From: Tubiluchus corallicola
Lineage: Eukaryota > Animalia > Priapulida
Assembly: GCA_030141605.1 (NCBI GenBank)
Contig: JAQGDQ010001796.1
Location: 1-25,209 of the forward strand
Length of the DNA stretch: 25,209 nucleotides
Direction: 5' to 3'
Made by a program: the position numbers and the translations under genes. Positions within the stretch are counted from its first letter, which is position 1. Each line of letters opens with the position of its first letter. The notes under the pieces were generated by a model. That model was not told where the DNA came from, made no database searches, and worked only from the letters and a program-made list of their open reading frames with translations. Below, one piece after another: positions 21,594-25,209 of this stretch.

Positions 21594-23032
21594 AATATAG
21601 TAGTACGTTCGTTTAAAGCTTAATGAAGCTTAATTGCTATAAAATAGCGCTGAGAGTTTGGGAGAAATTAGTGCGGCGTATGGCAAATACAGGAGCCCGT
21701 TGTAAAGTAAGGTTCATATCAAACAGTTTGTAAACAGACAAGCCTTGTTGTGCTTCTGGGGGAGTCATTGGCGATTTGCAAAAAAAGTTTTGCAGCTTTA
21801 ACTTGTAAATAAGAACGCAACGCTAGAATTCTGCTTGAGTACAACATACTACAGTAACTACACACTACTATATACTACATAGAGCGTTACTTACAGTAAA
21901 TGTGTATAACACAGACGTATTCTAAGAATTGAAAGAACTGATTTGCTGCAATAGGAAATAAAGTGTGAGTTGCAGTGTAAAAATTCATCACGCCTAACTT
22001 TCTTGGTTTTGCCGCCTATTTTTGGTTACAGGCGCTTTGACTGATGGGTTTTGGTCAATTTTGTTGTGCTCGTGTGTGCGGAACTGCTATTGTTTTCGCT
22101 TATAACCATCAATAAACAAAATTATGCAAACGTAAGTAAACAAAAACGCCAGGCTTGCAAATTTGGCTTAAACAAAATTATGTGTTATAGAATTTGTTAA
22201 ACAAAATTCTATAACAATTTACAGTTTTACGCATAATTCATTATGACTGTGATTGCCAGAATCTTTATAAACTTTTGCGATTTATTTTACCAATTATTAC
22301 CCAGCAATGGTAATGAGTTGGAGAAAAGGTAGGCCTAGTCGTATTTCTGCAATATTTTATGTTATGGTTTCTTGCGCGGAAAATAATTAATACTCAAAAA
22401 TTGGTATTCGTAACACAACACGCGTCTATCTATGATGGATGTTTTCATCAGGTATTTTCACCCTAATCAGGCATCATTCAAGCTTGGCTCCATTCTCAGG
22501 CTACAATGGAACGGAAATCAATGTCTTTATACCTGCCTAATCCCGTAACAAAACTCGAACGCTACATCAAGAGGAAGTTCGCTATAGTTATTTTGTCTGC
22601 CTACTATAAGCTAGTATTATTGTTGCTGCTGATTCGAGACAAATTGAGTTTTGGAGATTATTACAGGTGTTTTGATACAGGTAGATTCCAAACCAGCCCT
22701 TAAAGCGAGTATAAAACCAGTAATTTAAAGGCTTGCTGCGTGCTTGACACTTTATTATTATGAAACTGTCAGAATCATTATCATGAGTTACAAGCGCTTG
22801 CCATTGTATCATTTGTGAAAAAATAACTAAAACATAACGCGTATTACTAGGGGCGCATTTAGCAATTTAAGCTAATTAGGCTGTGCCATAGGGTGCCAGA
22901 TATTGAGACTCCGTGTGTTTAAATTTCTTATTCTCCTTGGAAAATGCGTATCCTTTCATATCCATATAAAGCACGTATTTTATAACACACCACAAGCAGT
23001 TACTGAATCCCCGTTTTTGCATAATCCCCACA

Positions 23033-23610
23033 TAGTAGTGGTAGTAGTAGTTTATTGATCATAAAATTAATATATTTACAATCTTTAGCAGGCTAGCAAA
23101 ATTGAAACAAAAATGTTCTACTTTTCAGAAAACAGCAACGTTATACAAAGGTTAAAACAGTTCACAATAAAAAAATTCCGTTTAGTATTAATAAAAAATA
23201 TGATAATGACCGAGCAGAGCTTACGGAATTTTACGGAATTGTAACACTTCATTATAGTGCTTGCAAAAATTAGTGTTTTTTCTTATTCAAAAGCTTTTAT
23301 AATGTTGAAGCAGATCTGAAATACAAAATTACTATTCATAATTGACGTTAAGGATGTAAAAGTCTACATTGCTGAATCTTCCTCTAGTTTCAGCTGTTAA
23401 ATTACAGTCCATCAAAACGAGCTTTTCGGTTTTTTCCACGAATTTTTCCACAATTACAGAGTCCCTGTCTTTTATCTACGTTACGCCATCTATCAGTTTC
23501 AACTTTTAAATAGTGCGCCTGGAGTCTTAATCGCGTATAGGCAATGCGTATATCTCAGGTGTTGAATCCTGAATGTCTATTAAGCGTGAACTCTTTAGAT
23601 GTCTCTCGTT
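23033..23610 (-). mobile_element. 5'-truncated LINE 3' end (RTEX-like C-terminal Cys/His region)
   Basis: Minus translation PE..RIAYTRLRLQAHYLKVETDRWRNVDKRQGLCNCGKI...TEKLVLMDCNLTAETR, then a 3' UTR, AATAAA (23051-23056) and a (CTA)n tail. Confidence 0.85.
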
Positions 23611-24636
23611 TAGCTGAGTTACAGGTACAATTACAAGTACATAGTAGGTACTAAAAGGCAAACCACAAACAGGTCCGCGTCTGCTTAATTACAAGCGCTA
23701 TGCAAACATGTTTAGTTAACAATAACCATGTAAGTTCTAGGTAAGAGTACTACTAATACACCACAAGTAATTGTGCTTAGCGCTTCGTATATAAGTAACC
23801 ATAAATCCATAATAGAAACTACGTACGGCACGTACTGAATTATCAGCCAAGGCCGTCGCCTAAAACCTAAAAACTTGGTTTATTTAGGTAGTTTATATGT
23901 ATCTAAATTACAACACCTTTTCCACGTAGTAAATAATTGACAAGAAAGTACAAAATGATCAGGTTCGTTCACAGGCTTCATTGCAGATTGTGCACCTTCC
24001 AGCGGTTCAGCACCTCGTTCATTAATTTCAGGACAGCAGGTGTGCCAGAGTTGCATGTTCGCGTCACTCTTGTTTAACTTGTAACGGAACGACTATTTTG
24101 CTTTAATTTCATCAGCGCTGATCATGTGTGGGCTCAGTAATTAGAACAGCTGCCATCAGAATTACTCATAGACACAACGAAATCTTTTGGCGGGAGAGTT
24201 GCGAAAATCTCTTAATGACAAATGCGGCACTTCTAATGTCCTCCAAATGCCAAAACGCAAATTATTGACGACTAGAAGCAAGTTAGTGACAAAAGCAAAG
24301 GTCTGTCCGTTCATCTTAGGTGAACATCCTCGATAATTATCTAGATCCCGGTCGCGCCACTACCGCCTATATTAAGAGACTTTGTTGTTAAAATACTGGG
24401 TCACCACTTGTGTGCAGCGCTGTAAATGGAAAATGTTGCAAAACCGCGGCAGGTAAAGTAAAAATGGGTCAGTCACGGCAGCAGAACTTCATCCTACTTT
24501 GATAATTACTGCTTCTGCAATGATCAAAAATTAGGTCATTTACTTGATTAAAGTTATCATCGATAAAAGATTTATCTTCCTAATCAGGTTGGACTTAGAG
24601 ATATCCTAATTTTAGTCTCTATTTACATACATTTTT

Positions 24637-24880
24637 TAGTAGTAGTGGTAGTGGTAGTGGTAGTGGCAGTGGTAGTGGTAGTGGTAGTGGCAGTGGCAGT
24701 GGCAGTGGCAGCGGCAGCAGCAGCAGCAGTAGTTAGTAGAGTAGTAGTAGTAGTAGTGGTAGTGGCACTGGTAGTGGTAGTGGTGCTGGTGGTGGTAGTG
24801 GCAGTGGCAGTCGCAGTGGCGGTGGCAGCGACAGCGGCAGCAGCAGTAGTTAGTAGAGTAGTAGTCGCCGTTGTCGTCGT
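24637..24880. repeat. Cryptic (GTA/GTG/GCA)n triplet repeat with a higher-order duplication
   Basis: GCAGCAGCAGTAGTTAGTAGAGTAGTAG appears twice within the triplet array. Confidence 0.92.
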
Positions 24881-24969
24881 GAATTTACTTGTGACAGTCC
24901 GTTCAAAACAGTCACAAATAATTTCAAAAACTGCAAGTTTATAACAAAAACATAATCATTTGAAAATAT

Positions 24970-25203
24970 TTAAAGGACAAGAAAAGGGGTATCTAAAATA
25001 GGTGACAGAAAAATCGACTTAAAAAATTATATCATTTTATAGCAATTTTATGCGTATCGCACTGAAAGGAATTTTAGTTTGTTCTCATTTTAAATCTCCC
25101 GCAATACTGTTCCGAAGTCGACATTACATGGCGTCATGTACCAAACGTAAAAGGGAAGAAAAGGCAATATTAAATTATGTCTCAAAAGACTTTCCTTGCA
25201 AAT
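24970..25203. mobile_element. Non-autonomous TTAA-bounded (Kolobok-like) element, family A copy 2 (inverted, probably runs off the window)
   Basis: Starts TTAA-AGGACAAGAAAAGGGG and matches the reverse complement of 1580-1827. Confidence 0.85.
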
Positions 25204-25209
25204 CTGTAT

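Noticed and set aside
24645-24944. Poly-Val/Ala ORF
   Set aside because: Translation of a triplet microsatellite.

Overview
AT-rich metazoan genomic DNA, with repeats and SINE/LINE/MITE content typical of an invertebrate; the organism cannot be identified from this window. I find no intact protein-coding gene: most listed ORFs come from repeats, antisense shadows or pseudogene pieces. Reading through stops and frameshifts on the + strand shows two tandem, apparently intronless, heavily decayed Toll-like receptor genes (~3.24-5.5 kb and ~5.43-8.1 kb). Each has LRRs, an LRRCT cap, a transmembrane-like stretch and TIR-like remnants. On the - strand a decayed spliced segment (17.5-18.6 kb) weakly resembles a SEFIR (IL-17R/Act1) domain. 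Mobile DNA includes an RTEX-like LINE copy with the 5'-inversion geometry of twin priming, two more LINE 3' ends, a composite tRNA/5S-like SINE, two TTAA-bounded Kolobok-like families present twice each, hAT-like MITE ends and a foldback element with telomere-like repeats. There are also minisatellites with 102, 69, 83-84, 45 and 78 bp units, and several microsatellites. All family assignments come from motif recognition by eye; no database search was run.
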